64,000 nt of DNA from Candidatus Bathyarchaeota archaeon (GCA_963811105.1 CAWEPZ010000002.1:192001-256000); one strand, 5' to 3'; shown: positions 33,039-42,877, counted from the first letter of the stretch. Translations and numbers: made by a program. The notes: a model not told the origin generated them from the letters alone.

Positions 33039-34191
33039 AGACCTTAGGCGTAATAGTGATGTTAACCCCTAAAATGGGCTTGTTTTAGGTAAAGTAGCAC
33101 AATTGGAAGCCATCATATTTAACAGACATATTTCCGCATGTTGAATAGGCTTATTTGTCCTTAAAGCTAACTTGCCGCCAGGGAAATATCTTGCTCAACT
33201 ACAAAACGCTATCAAGAAGGTCTTCCTTATTTCGATCCTTGACAGGAGTTGAAATCTCAGAATTCGACTCAATCTACTCTAAAGTGCAAACCAAATATGA
33301 TGAATACGAGTCGAAGAGGCTTTCAAGAGAGAACAGAAAACGCAAAGTAGGCGCTGGACACCCTTTCAAGCTACATCTTCAGGAGAGACTGCTTATGTTT
33401 CTGGTCTACTACAGGCTTTACACAACATCCGCGCTATTAGGCATCCTTTTTGACCTGGACCAGAGCAATGTACTCAAAGACATCCATAAACTTGAACCGC
33501 TCTTCAAAGAGGTTTTACCCATACCTAAGAAGCTGCATGAAAAAGTGAAACAACTACAAACAATAGAGGAAATCACGACGATGTTTCCGGAGCTGAAAGC
33601 TTTTGTAGACGCAACGGAACAAGAGATCCCCAGGCCGAAAGCCAAGAAGAAACGCAAAACGCACTACAGCGGCAAGAAGAAAAGGCACACCGTCAAGACC
33701 CAGCTAACCGTAAACGTAGACGGCTTGATAGTCCACCAGACACATCACGTTAAAGGTAGCATGCACGACTACTCTTTGTTTAAGCGCAGTCGCCCACATT
33801 TGCCAAATAATGTTCTTGGCGAAGGTGATCTGGGTTATTTGGGGGTGAAGAAGGATTATCCGCAACTGAACTTTGCGGTGCCTTTCAAGAGGAAAAGCCC
33901 TGGACGAGGCAAACGGGGTGTGGAAGCAGAAGAGCTTCCAGCTGAGCAGAAGGCGTTCAATAACATGCTCGCTAGGGAGCGGGTTGTCTCGGAGCATACG
34001 AATAGTCAGGTGAAAAAGTTTCTGATATGGGGAGGGGAATTCAGGAATCGCCTCAAACATTACAACGTTGCAACGGAGATAGTAAGCGGCATTGTTAACT
34101 TTCGCATAATGGGGACATTAACTGTCTGAAAAAACTTGGGAAAAGCCCAAAGTAAAGCCAAATCCACAAAAAGCAACAACGCCTAAGGTCT
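33039..34191 (+). mobile_element. IS5-superfamily (DDE_Tnp_4 / ISL2-like) insertion sequence
   Basis: Perfect 13-bp terminal inverted repeats AGACCTTAGGCGT / ACGCCTAAGGTCT; 3-bp TTT target duplication. Confidence 0.9.
33155..34129 (+). CDS. DDE transposase (HTH_Tnp_4 plus DDE_Tnp_4)
   Basis: FRSLTG, VDATEQEIPRP, YSGKKKRHTVK, GSMHD, DLGYLG, RERVVSEH. Confidence 0.92.
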   Translation: MSLKLTCRQGNILLNYKTLSRRSSLFRSLTGVEISEFDSIYSKVQTKYDEYESKRLSRENRKRKVGAGHPFKLHLQERLLMFLVYYRLYTTSALLGILFDLDQSNVLKDIHKLEPLFKEVLPIPKKLHEKVKQLQTIEEITTMFPELKAFVDATEQEIPRPKAKKKRKTHYSGKKKRHTVKTQLTVNVDGLIVHQTHHVKGSMHDYSLFKRSRPHLPNNVLGEGDLGYLGVKKDYPQLNFAVPFKRKSPGRGKRGVEAEELPAEQKAFNNMLARERVVSEHTNSQVKKFLIWGGEFRNRLKHYNVATEIVSGIVNFRIMGTLTV

Positions 34192-35134
34192 TTTGTACTA
34201 TCAAACCCCGACCAGTATGTTCTCGAAGTCATAGACGGTGAAGAAAGCTATGTTTATGTTCATTATGACGATACCCAAATCGATGAACTAACAAGACAAT
34301 ACGGTACAAACAACATAGAATACAATGGCTCATACTACACAATCGGGATAGCCTTCGTAGATGCTTTCCCACCGTCAACTTTACCCCATATATTAGCTGG
34401 ATTCGTTATATCTATTTTTGCAATAATTATTTTATCGATTTTTCAGGTTGTAAAGCACTTCAAGCAACCAACAAAATAGACCTTTTCCCACCGTTGGGCG
34501 TATATCCCCACTCTTTCAGATTTTTTGTTTCCCTTAAGGCATTTCCAAAAAATGCTCTAAAAAATAATCTCTTTTCAAAATGCTTTAGAATCTTATTTAG
34601 AAAAGCTATGTTAAACAGTTTCAAAAAGGCTTAAGAATTATATTCTAAAATCTTTTCAAATCATTTCTGAAAGCTTTTTCTAAATTCCCTAAATTTCATG
34701 GAAAACAAGCTCAAAAACAATTATGGCCTAATTTCATTCTTATGTGCATTATGTAAAAAGGGGCTTGTTTTAGGCTTTTTTAGCCATTTAAACTGTAGAA
34801 CACATATTCACTTGTCAATTCCGCTTCACAAGATGCCTTTAATTGGACCTTGATTTTACGTAAACCCACTGTATCAAGGAAAACCTATAAAAAAAAGTTC
34901 AGGTGAAAAATGAAATGAAAAATAAAAGCAAGGATTCAACAAAAAAGGAGCTAACCATAATCAACCGTGAAAATAGAATCATTTAACTTTGCATTAACAG
35001 CTTGAGATTGCATTAGCGATACTAGCACTAATACACCAATAAAACCGGATCATAATACGCGGCTCCCGTCGGCCCTTGCGTTTTTTTGAATAGGTCATGC
35101 CCCCTATCAGAATTGGCACGCACACCGGACGTGT

Positions 35135-36196
35135 TTAGGAAAAATTGTAGAAGCCGAAACCGTTGCAGTAAACGATTTCTTTTGTGTCTCCCCAAATGCC
35201 AACCTGGATGCCTGAGTAGCCTCCGATTTCCCCTCCCTTGAAGTAGAAGTAAAATTGCCAGTACGGATACAGCGTCAAGGGGTCACGAGAGATTTTGCTT
35301 GGGTTGTGAGAGGTTTCATTGCGGTACGGCACCATGGTGAAGTACATTTGGTAGATTGCGTCTGACAGGTCAGGAAGCGCAACTGTCTCGTTCCTGTACT
35401 CGTTGACTATGCGAAACTCAGTGTTCTGAGCAGTCTCCAACGCCAGCTGATATGCTTCCTCAGAATTAAGCGCGCTGGGACCGCTGACACTGTAGATGCG
35501 CCAGTTATCGGTGAATGAATCAAGAACGTTGTTGCGGAACGCTACGTCCACTCTTTTCCATGTCATGTGAACACCGTTTTCAGTGTAGATCCACTGGATC
35601 CGTGTTCTGTCTGCGTCCTTTGAAACCTGAAAGTTTACGTTTCCAACAGTAACGTTCGTGGGTGAGAGCTCCTTAACGGTATTAAGGATGGTTTGCATGG
35701 GCTCAAGATATGAGTTGTTTGTGGGATACAATCGATCAGCGTATGCCTGGTATCGTTGAAGCACGGTTTTGACCTGGCTGAGTAGATCATTTGCTGGTGC
35801 CTCCGAATAGATGGGGTTGCCACGCGGAGCTTCAAAGGTGAAAAGCACTATTTGCCCGTTGTAGAGGATGCTCATTGCATGAATCTTGCTTTCGTTGGCT
35901 TCGAAATCAAAGCTGCGGATTTCCTCTTTCACGAGACCGCAAAATTCGGGCGGGTAGCGGTACGTATTTGATGGATCCTGGGCGGTATTGTAACCAGGTG
36001 GAGGTAAGGGCGAGGTCAAAATGTATTTTGTGAGGTCAAGCCCAACAACACTGGATAAGAATTCGGTCGCCTTGTCTTCAGCCGTGAGTTCTATTGAACT
36101 CTCGGGAGGCACATCAACTGTCAAGACAGCAAATGCCGCAATAACTGCAGGAGCCAAGAAAGCGAGAACAATCAGTGCAACAACTCCTCTACGCAT
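35135..36196 (-). CDS. Secreted hypothetical protein (related architecture to 56408-57553)
   Basis: Signal peptide MRRGVVALIVLAFL; TATA CTTATATC upstream; the longer ORF-track start lies inside the IS110 end. Confidence 0.75.
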   Translation of the reverse strand: MRRGVVALIVLAFLAPAVIAAFAVLTVDVPPESSIELTAEDKATEFLSSVVGLDLTKYILTSPLPPPGYNTAQDPSNTYRYPPEFCGLVKEEIRSFDFEANESKIHAMSILYNGQIVLFTFEAPRGNPIYSEAPANDLLSQVKTVLQRYQAYADRLYPTNNSYLEPMQTILNTVKELSPTNVTVGNVNFQVSKDADRTRIQWIYTENGVHMTWKRVDVAFRNNVLDSFTDNWRIYSVSGPSALNSEEAYQLALETAQNTEFRIVNEYRNETVALPDLSDAIYQMYFTMVPYRNETSHNPSKISRDPLTLYPYWQFYFYFKGGEIGGYSGIQVGIWGDTKEIVYCNGFGFYNFS

Positions 36197-36257
36197 GATT
36201 ATTCCATGCTTAACAACGGACGCCCAAGCGGATATAAGTGTTCTTGTCAAAGTTTCT

Positions 36258-36480
36258 CTTATGTAAGGAAACGATCCAAGGCCAATCCAAACAGACTTCC
36301 GACTACCTTTTTTACTCCACCTCATCCCTTCTTAAATTCCTATTATTCATGTATTTCAGACAACATTCTCTTATCAGCGAACCAAGTCGCACTACGGCTT
36401 CAGCTAACAGCCAAGGAAAACTCCATTCTTGACTAAGCAGATAAACTGCACCAGAGTTTAGAAGATATCCAAAGCTGCCC
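36258..36480 (-). ncRNA. Putative bridge/seek RNA in the IS110 3' non-coding end
   Basis: Two parallel units of hairpin + guide ending AG + AAUG: GCAG-UUUAU-CUGC-UUAGUCAAG (matches repeat A) and GCGA-CUUGGU-UCGC-UGAUAAGAG (matches the IS end ATAAG+AG). Confidence 0.55.
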
Positions 36481-36780
36481 ATCCTACTTTACCATGAATT
36501 CCTTCTCGTAAGTCCAAACAGCCCAAACAACATTCACAAGCTTACGAGCAACAATCTTAATCGCATCCCGACTATTGCCTTTCCTAACAGAAGCATCCTA
36601 AACACCTGCGCAAGATGGCCTTCAGGACAAAACATCACATGGGACCAAGCAGACTCAATAAAAATACACTTAAGCCAACAATCACCCCTAGCTTCCCGTC
36701 CAGCAAAAGAATGCTCACCCGACTGACTAATTCTCGGTACTAACTTAGCATAATGAGCAAAGCACGCTGATCTTTTTCAT
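36258..36780 (-). mobile_element. IS110/IS1111-family remnant: transposase C-terminus plus ~227-nt 3' non-coding end
   Basis: FAHYAKLVPRISQSGEH..RGDCWLKCIFIESAW..(frameshift)..AIKIVARKLVNVVWAVW (stop near 36484); the end abuts GTCAAAGTTTCT of a family A box. Confidence 0.85.
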
Positions 36781-37133
36781 CAAATGCTGGAATACAACAT
36801 CAAGATATGGAAACCAACATTCCTAGAAAACCGCCTCGGTAACCCGTTGATTTACAAGACCTTTGACCAAGTCCTCATTCCATACTTCGGTAAAACTTTA
36901 GGTGCCTATTACGGCTTAACGCGCGGCGAAAAGAGCGAACAGTTAAAGCAGGCTGTTTGGCAGCTCAACATGCCTCAAACGACTACAAGAAAGAGTCCTC
37001 GCTTTAAGCCACCTCCCTTAAGTATGTTTAACTTGCCCTTAATTTTTGCGCAAAAAAACCATGCTCAAGTCAAGTTAGGCTTCGAAAGAGTGGCAATAGA
37101 AGAAAGAAAAGTAGCACTCTGAAGCTTAACTGA

Positions 37134-38186
37134 TTAACGATTACGCTTCCTAAAATGCCAAAACAAGCCAAATCCCACAACGGCAAAAAACGCCCCAGAA
37201 ACAGCTGCAACAACCGTTGTTGGAAAAGGCTCTGATTCTGCCTCCCCATTGAAGTATACAACCACATTGTGTACGCTGTGTGAATATATAATATCCAACA
37301 CCCATGATTGACTCGTTGATGCGATTGCGTATTCAGTTGGTTTGCCGTCTAAGAACATACTAACACCTTCAGGGTCAAATTCAGGGTCTTTTTCTAGAGT
37401 AATCTTAACGTAACCATTTGTTCCACTGAGACCCTCAGCAGAAAAACTAAGAATACGAGTACTCGCATTGAAATTCAACCCAGTTATAGTCGAATTTGAA
37501 GAAAACGCGGTAATGAAATCCCCAAACGATTTAACACCAAGATTAACGCTTACACTTGTCTCGGGATAGGTGGAATTTCCCATCCATGTTGCCTTAACCT
37601 GATAACTCCCATGCAATGGTTTCCAGACCGTCGAGTATTTACCATAACCATCAGTTTCCACTGACGCTATTTCATTCCACATGGCGTTCTCAATGTAGGT
37701 CTTGCTTGAAAGAACAATCCAAGCATTTGGCACGCCTATGCCATTATAGGTTAAATTTCCGCTAATCGCAACTTCTTGTTCAGTGTAGACTGAGTCACTG
37801 CTCAAAGAAATATGAACGGTGACAGGTGTTTGCTCCCTTACCTCTATTTCCATTTCGCTACTGCCTCCAGTCCCTTGAGCATCGTCAACAGTAACGCCAA
37901 CGCTATAAGTACCAGGTTTAGTATAAGTGTGGTTCACAGTGGCGCCAGTTGCGAAGGCGCCATCTCCAAAATTCCAACTGTAAGTGAAAGCACGTGGTTC
38001 GTGATTTTCGTTCCAGTATTGTTCCCACCATAAAGCGTCGAAACTGACAACATCTCCAACCCTTGGCGTAAGTGGAGAGTAAACAAATGAAGGAGTCGCA
38101 TGAACGATTTGCGCATTCACAGTAGACAGATGAGCTAGCGAAATTAATGAAAAAACCATTATGATTGCTAAAGCTGTTTTTTTCAT
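37134..38186 (-). CDS. PKD-domain surface protein with EPFP-type TM anchor
   Basis: YSWNFGDG..VNHTYTKPGTYSV PKD motif; EPFPTT..GLFWHFRKR tail. Confidence 0.85.
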   Translation of the reverse strand: MKKTALAIIMVFSLISLAHLSTVNAQIVHATPSFVYSPLTPRVGDVVSFDALWWEQYWNENHEPRAFTYSWNFGDGAFATGATVNHTYTKPGTYSVGVTVDDAQGTGGSSEMEIEVREQTPVTVHISLSSDSVYTEQEVAISGNLTYNGIGVPNAWIVLSSKTYIENAMWNEIASVETDGYGKYSTVWKPLHGSYQVKATWMGNSTYPETSVSVNLGVKSFGDFITAFSSNSTITGLNFNASTRILSFSAEGLSGTNGYVKITLEKDPEFDPEGVSMFLDGKPTEYAIASTSQSWVLDIIYSHSVHNVVVYFNGEAESEPFPTTVVAAVSGAFFAVVGFGLFWHFRKRNR

Positions 38187-39265
38187 AGACTCTTGCTCCT
38201 CTGGCGTTTCTTGAAGTAGACTAACAAGCCAGCAAACGATATCGCTAAACTAAGCAGCAACGAAGTTGCCCATGAGGGAAACTCTGGAACTGTTGGAGAG
38301 GAAGTTGGACCAAAATTGGGCATAGTTGGGACTACTGTCGGAGTAGGGATTGTAACTGAAATTGGCAACATAATGGGGTTATTATCTTGGTTGTTTGCGT
38401 CTATGATGTATGGGGTATCACCGATGCCATCTCTATTGGCGTCTGTTCCGTTGTAGTCACTCCAATAATTTTCATTAATTATGTTGACGGACCTTGGATT
38501 TCCCCAAGTGAGATAATACGATTCATTGGCTGAAAACTGAATAGTATTGTTAACATAATTATTTTTGCATATGCTGTTATTGTTGGAACCATAGATGGAT
38601 GTTCCGAGTCCTGAGTTTGTTATGTTATTTCCAATTAATTTGTTGTTGTTTGAATATTGAAAATTAACAGCAGTGTCTTGACAGTTTTTTATTGTATTTT
38701 CTGTAATTGTGTTATTGTTGCTGTTTTGCCAAATCTGTACCCCTTCAACACATGATTCAATGTAGTTGTTTTTTACAGTATTTTCATTTGCGTAATTTAG
38801 TTGGATTGCTGATGAGAGTCCAATTGATTCAAAAGTATTTCCAGTTATTTGATTATTATTGCCAAATACTACTATGCCATGGGTTGCTTGTTTTATTTTG
38901 TTTCCTGAAATGTTGCAATAATTTGCCCCAAGTGAAATTCCGTCATAACCATCAAATATAGTCAAGCCTGTTACAGTCACATTATCTCTCTTCACCTTCA
39001 AGCCAGCTGTCACATCAATTACGGTTGCATCCCTATCTTCCCCAACCAATGAGACCGATTTGTCGACTACTGGATTTTCCACATAAGTGCCTCTCTTAAC
39101 GAATATTGTATCTCCAGCGTCTGCAGCGTTAATGGCTTCTTGAATAGTGGGGAAATCGTCTGGTACATTGATTGTTTTAGATTCAGCCTTCACGGGCAAA
39201 TATACAATGAAACATGAAGTTGCCAAGAAGACGAGAACAAATAGCAATGTAGCATTCTTTCTCAT
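38183..39265 (-). CDS. NosD/beta-helix surface protein with PEF tail
   Basis: VPDDFPTIQEAIN, NYWSDYNG, DGIGDTPY, VPEFPSW..GLLVYFKKR. Confidence 0.88.
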   Translation of the reverse strand: MRKNATLLFVLVFLATSCFIVYLPVKAESKTINVPDDFPTIQEAINAADAGDTIFVKRGTYVENPVVDKSVSLVGEDRDATVIDVTAGLKVKRDNVTVTGLTIFDGYDGISLGANYCNISGNKIKQATHGIVVFGNNNQITGNTFESIGLSSAIQLNYANENTVKNNYIESCVEGVQIWQNSNNNTITENTIKNCQDTAVNFQYSNNNKLIGNNITNSGLGTSIYGSNNNSICKNNYVNNTIQFSANESYYLTWGNPRSVNIINENYWSDYNGTDANRDGIGDTPYIIDANNQDNNPIMLPISVTIPTPTVVPTMPNFGPTSSPTVPEFPSWATSLLLSLAISFAGLLVYFKKRQRSKSL

Positions 39266-40182
39266 GTTTTAACTCCCGATTTCGGTCGGCGTTTTTTGAG
39301 GTAAATCAACAAACCAGCAACCACAACAACCGCCACAGAAACGGCGGCGATCAGAAAGGTTGGCAAAGGCTCTGGCTTTGATATAGTGAATGCAATAGTT
39401 TCTGAAGAGCCTACATTTCCAGCTTTATCTCTTGCATAAACTGTAACGTTATGCTCTCCATTCGATAAATCCGTTAGCATTGCATTCCAAGAGACTGTTA
39501 CGTTTTCTTGTCCATCAAGGCTATACGTGACCTGCGATACAGGTTCATCTACTGTAAAGTTTAACGGGATGTTACTCGTATCGAGTGTTTTGTTGACTGG
39601 CAACATAATTTCGATGAACACTGCTTTGGTGAAATTGACATTTGCCGAATCCGCATGCAATTCGATGCTTTCAACAGAGTTTGCCCAGTCATATCCACCT
39701 AGGTAAATGCTCTTCAACGTTCGAAGATAATAACTGGTTGCTTCACAGCTAACCTTAACGGTATGTCCCCCCGCTACCAAGGGAAGCGCAGTTGAGAAAT
39801 TCAGAGTTAACGTTGGAGACGTATCGAAGAGCGAATCTATGTCATGAAATTGAATGATTTGTAATCTGCCATCGACTAGGCAATAGACAGAGGTTATGTT
39901 CACAAAAGTTTCTGTTATCGGAGACCCATCCGCATGCGCACCCGCATTAAAGGCAAACCAACTTTCAGGTTTGATGATGCTAAAGTTCAGCCACACGTAA
40001 TTGTAAATCTGGTTTTGAACTGGTGAATGCATAACTATCGTGGGTAAGGTCGTAACAGGGTCCCTGAAGAAAGCAAATAGTGGTGCAGGATTAGCCGTTG
40101 ATAGATTGAACAACAACCCTCCTGATGCCGCTGAAAAAGTAAGTGCAAAGATGATTGTTAGTGCTACTGCTGTTTTCTTCAT
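39262..40182 (-). CDS. Ig-like surface protein with EPxP-type anchor
   Basis: Signal peptide plus ANP, YSLDG..GEHNVTVYARDKAGN, EPLPT..GLLIYLKKRR. Confidence 0.82.
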   Translation of the reverse strand: MKKTAVALTIIFALTFSAASGGLLFNLSTANPAPLFAFFRDPVTTLPTIVMHSPVQNQIYNYVWLNFSIIKPESWFAFNAGAHADGSPITETFVNITSVYCLVDGRLQIIQFHDIDSLFDTSPTLTLNFSTALPLVAGGHTVKVSCEATSYYLRTLKSIYLGGYDWANSVESIELHADSANVNFTKAVFIEIMLPVNKTLDTSNIPLNFTVDEPVSQVTYSLDGQENVTVSWNAMLTDLSNGEHNVTVYARDKAGNVGSSETIAFTISKPEPLPTFLIAAVSVAVVVVAGLLIYLKKRRPKSGVKT

Positions 40183-41484
40183 TCAGGACTTAACCTCAGG
40201 TTTGCGATTCTTGAAGTAGACCAATAAACCAGCGACCACAATCACTGCGGATGTTCCTGCAACGACAACAACAGTTGCGTTTGGAAAAGGTTCTGTTTCT
40301 TGAAGTTCTTGCAAACCTGAAGGGGATGGACTAGCTGAGGCGTATAGGTGTGATGATGGTTCTGGAGATACATATGAAGAAGGGCTTGGAGAAGGAATAA
40401 ATGAAGGCGAAGGTGAGGCTGACGGTGATGAGCTTTCTCCAATCTTGACTAGCCAAAGACCATTGGTTCCTCCAGATAAGTAGTATGGATTTACGCCTGT
40501 AAAAACGTAACCTCCATCATTAGCCGCTATTACTGAATTAATAAGGTTGCTTCCTGAGTAACCTGAGCTCCACTCTATTTTTCCGTTAGCGTCTGCTTTA
40601 ACGACATATCCGCTGTAGTCCATCGACATGGGTGCTGAGCTGGAAGTAGTGCCAGCAAAAATGTATCCCCCATCACGGGTCAACGCACCTGAATTGGTTG
40701 TATAATAGCTGTCATAACTGTTGCTCCATACGGTATTTCCTTGTATGTCTATCTTGACCAGTTGAGCGGGTTGAGACCCTACCAGCATGTAATTTCCGTC
40801 GCTGGTTTTGATTATGGAACTAACAGTTATACTCTTGTTCCATTGAGTGTTGCCCAGTGAATCGACTTTTATGAGGTACTTTCCGCCTAGAAGGTATCCG
40901 TCATCAATCGCTTCAGCAGCGCATCTCAGATAATAGGAGTCTCTGGGCTCAGCAAGTGTTCTGTTCCATTGTATGTTTCCGTTTTCATCAGTCTTAACAA
41001 TGAACCCGCTGTTACCAGGAACACAGCCTCCTGCTAGAAAGTATCCTCCATCTCTTGTTTGGAGAACCGAATTGAATTCAATAACATCGTTTGATCCGTA
41101 AAAGAAGCCTTTACTCCACTCCATGTTTCCAGCAGAATTAGTTTTCAGGAAATTGAAGCCTGCTCGAGACATGCAACCTAAAGCGTAGCCGCCATCTATC
41201 GTTTGAATAACAGATAACGCCCTGTAGGGTTGGTCAACCTCTCCATATGTTCTGCTCCATTCAATATCGCCTACAGAGTTAGTTTTGACCAGCACACTTT
41301 TTCCGTCAGATTTTCCCGCTATGGCGTATCCTCCGTCACTCGTTTGTATGACTGACTCTCCATCTCCATTCACCAACACTTTGTTCCATTGGGCTGGTGG
41401 CTCAGCGTTGACAAGATGTATCCCAACTACTGTTGTTAACAAAAATGCTGAAGCAAGCACTATTGTTATCGTTGTTATCTTCAT
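40183..41484 (-). CDS. Beta-propeller surface protein (QTxDGGY repeats) with EPFP anchor
   Basis: Repeated QTSDGGY / VKTDxxGNxxW units, Ser/Pro linker, EPFPN..GLLVYFKNRK. Confidence 0.85.
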   Translation of the reverse strand: MKITTITIVLASAFLLTTVVGIHLVNAEPPAQWNKVLVNGDGESVIQTSDGGYAIAGKSDGKSVLVKTNSVGDIEWSRTYGEVDQPYRALSVIQTIDGGYALGCMSRAGFNFLKTNSAGNMEWSKGFFYGSNDVIEFNSVLQTRDGGYFLAGGCVPGNSGFIVKTDENGNIQWNRTLAEPRDSYYLRCAAEAIDDGYLLGGKYLIKVDSLGNTQWNKSITVSSIIKTSDGNYMLVGSQPAQLVKIDIQGNTVWSNSYDSYYTTNSGALTRDGGYIFAGTTSSSAPMSMDYSGYVVKADANGKIEWSSGYSGSNLINSVIAANDGGYVFTGVNPYYLSGGTNGLWLVKIGESSSPSASPSPSFIPSPSPSSYVSPEPSSHLYASASPSPSGLQELQETEPFPNATVVVVAGTSAVIVVAGLLVYFKNRKPEVKS

Positions 41485-41517
41485 GTCAGCACCCGTGCAA
41501 GGGTAGAATTTAGTCTG

Positions 41518-41606
41518 CTAAAAGGGTTCTCGTCAAGATTTCTTGACTAACTTAGAAATAAACTTAGTCAAACTTTCTTGACTGATTTTTTTCGATGCCT
41601 TCTGAA
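41518..41606 (-). repeat. Orphan RRHRK tail + family A site (19-bp spacer) + TATA
   Basis: Boxes 41567-41582 and 41532-41547; AGAAGGCATCGAAAA at 41589-41603. Confidence 0.9.
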
Positions 41607-41642
41607 AAACTGTAAAGGTCACAATGGCGACGGTGGCTCTTG

Positions 41643-42227
41643 TTAATTTTGTGGGAACCCTGATGACAAGGGCACCGCACGTATATTCAGAACAGTTTTA
41701 TCCAACATTACCGTAACAACAAGACTCTTTTCAGCAAAAGAAACATCAAGACTACTCCTAATACCCGCTCCTATGACCTTAGATTCTTGGACGTGAAGAA
41801 CACCAAACTGCTGGGGCGAGGTCATCCCAACTTCATAATTCTGGTTGTCCCAAACGGTACCGTTAGATAGTACTTCAAATTTAAAAGTCAAACCTTCAAC
41901 ATCTCTAACTCCAACATTCTTGATTGTAATGGAAAAATCTTTAAACATAGCTACCCCTACTGGAACATACCAAGGCTCCGAAGTAATGTTTTCAATTGTT
42001 ACGTTATAAATTGGGTTTTGAAGTTCATGGATTTGAGTTTCCAGATTACTAACTTTAGTCTGAAGCATGTTGGTTGAGTTTTCGTAATATGTTAACTGAT
42101 TTTGAAGGTCAACGGACTGTTTCTGGGCATCGTTTATTTTTGTTTGAATAACCCATATTGAAGAAACCAAAACAGTTATGATGATTATTAATAGAATAGG
42201 AACTATTTCTTTCCGCATACCAATCAA
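41643..42227 (-). CDS. N-terminally anchored coiled-coil protein
   Basis: TM, coiled coil LQNQLTYYEN..LETQIHELQNP; paralog of 42224-42799 (shared GxLHVxESK). Confidence 0.75.
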   Translation of the reverse strand: MIGMRKEIVPILLIIIITVLVSSIWVIQTKINDAQKQSVDLQNQLTYYENSTNMLQTKVSNLETQIHELQNPIYNVTIENITSEPWYVPVGVAMFKDFSITIKNVGVRDVEGLTFKFEVLSNGTVWDNQNYEVGMTSPQQFGVLHVQESKVIGAGIRSSLDVSFAEKSLVVTVMLDKTVLNIRAVPLSSGFPQN

Positions 42228-42799
42228 GTGCCTATCACCACCGTTTGCCTATCAAGAATATTATTGTCAAGCATTAACGTGATTATCAATTTGCAGAGGG
42301 ACAATGTTTGCGTTCGGTCAATGGTGCTTGCGATTAGCTGTATATTTATGTACTTTGATTCGAGAACATGAAGGATGCCAATATTGGAATTTGCCTGAAT
42401 ACTAAATTGGTCGATATTAGTTGTGTTTCCTTCCACTTTGAAATCTAAAGTCATTCCGCCTATGCCGCTATCTCCGTAGTTTTGGAGAGATATGTTGATG
42501 AATTTGTAGTGCGGATAACCAGTTAACGGGTCTCCATGCCAAGCTCCATTTGAAACAATGGTTAGCGTTACATTGTCGGTTGGGTTTTGAAGTTGGCTAA
42601 GTTGAGTTTCCAGATTGTTTGCTTGAGTTTGAAGGGTATCTGTCATGTTTTGATAGTATGCGATTTGGCTTTGTAGGTTGCTTACTTGCTTCTGGTTTTC
42701 GGCCATTTGATTTCCAAGGAACAATGCGGATGAAGTAAGGACAAGAGTAACTATGATAAGTGAAGTTATCAATTTCCTGCGGGTTGGAAATCTACTCAT
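42224..42799 (-). CDS. N-terminally anchored coiled-coil protein (paralog)
   Basis: TM, LQSQIAYYQN..LETQLSQLQNP, GILHVLESK. Confidence 0.75.
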   Translation of the reverse strand: MSRFPTRRKLITSLIIVTLVLTSSALFLGNQMAENQKQVSNLQSQIAYYQNMTDTLQTQANNLETQLSQLQNPTDNVTLTIVSNGAWHGDPLTGYPHYKFINISLQNYGDSGIGGMTLDFKVEGNTTNIDQFSIQANSNIGILHVLESKYINIQLIASTIDRTQTLSLCKLIITLMLDNNILDRQTVVIGT

Positions 42800-42822
42800 A
42801 ATTACTCTTGCGATATTTTGGC

Positions 42823-42877
42823 AATAAAAGGCTATTCATCAAACAATCTTGACTAAGGACAGTCAAATTTTCTTGAC
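42823..42877 (-). repeat. Family A site (8-bp spacer) plus TATA 23 nt before ATG 42799
   Basis: Plus strand ATCAAACAATCTTGAC-TAAGGACA-GTCAAATTTTCTTGAC. Confidence 0.88.

Larger units (their letters stand above)
32871..34479 (+). pseudogene. Membrane protein gene interrupted by an IS5-like element
   Basis: Removing 33039-34194 restores one frame: MARKLSK...PVKYF|VLSNPDQY...HFKQPTK*. Confidence 0.85.

Noticed and set aside
35058-35090. GC-rich stretch as a tRNA fragment or attachment site
   Set aside because: Too short, with no T-loop; could equally be a terminator-like hairpin before a T-run.
36197-36325. N-terminal extension of ORF 35135-36325 and ORFs 36206-36436, 36238-36432, 52708-52902
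   Set aside because: They run through the promoter and the IS110 non-coding end; the similarity between these short ORFs reflects the repeated IS end, not a protein family.
36784-37122. ORF 36784-37122 (and 52910-53203) as real genes
   Set aside because: No recognisable motif, promoter or RBS; both lie next to IS relics and are probably debris.
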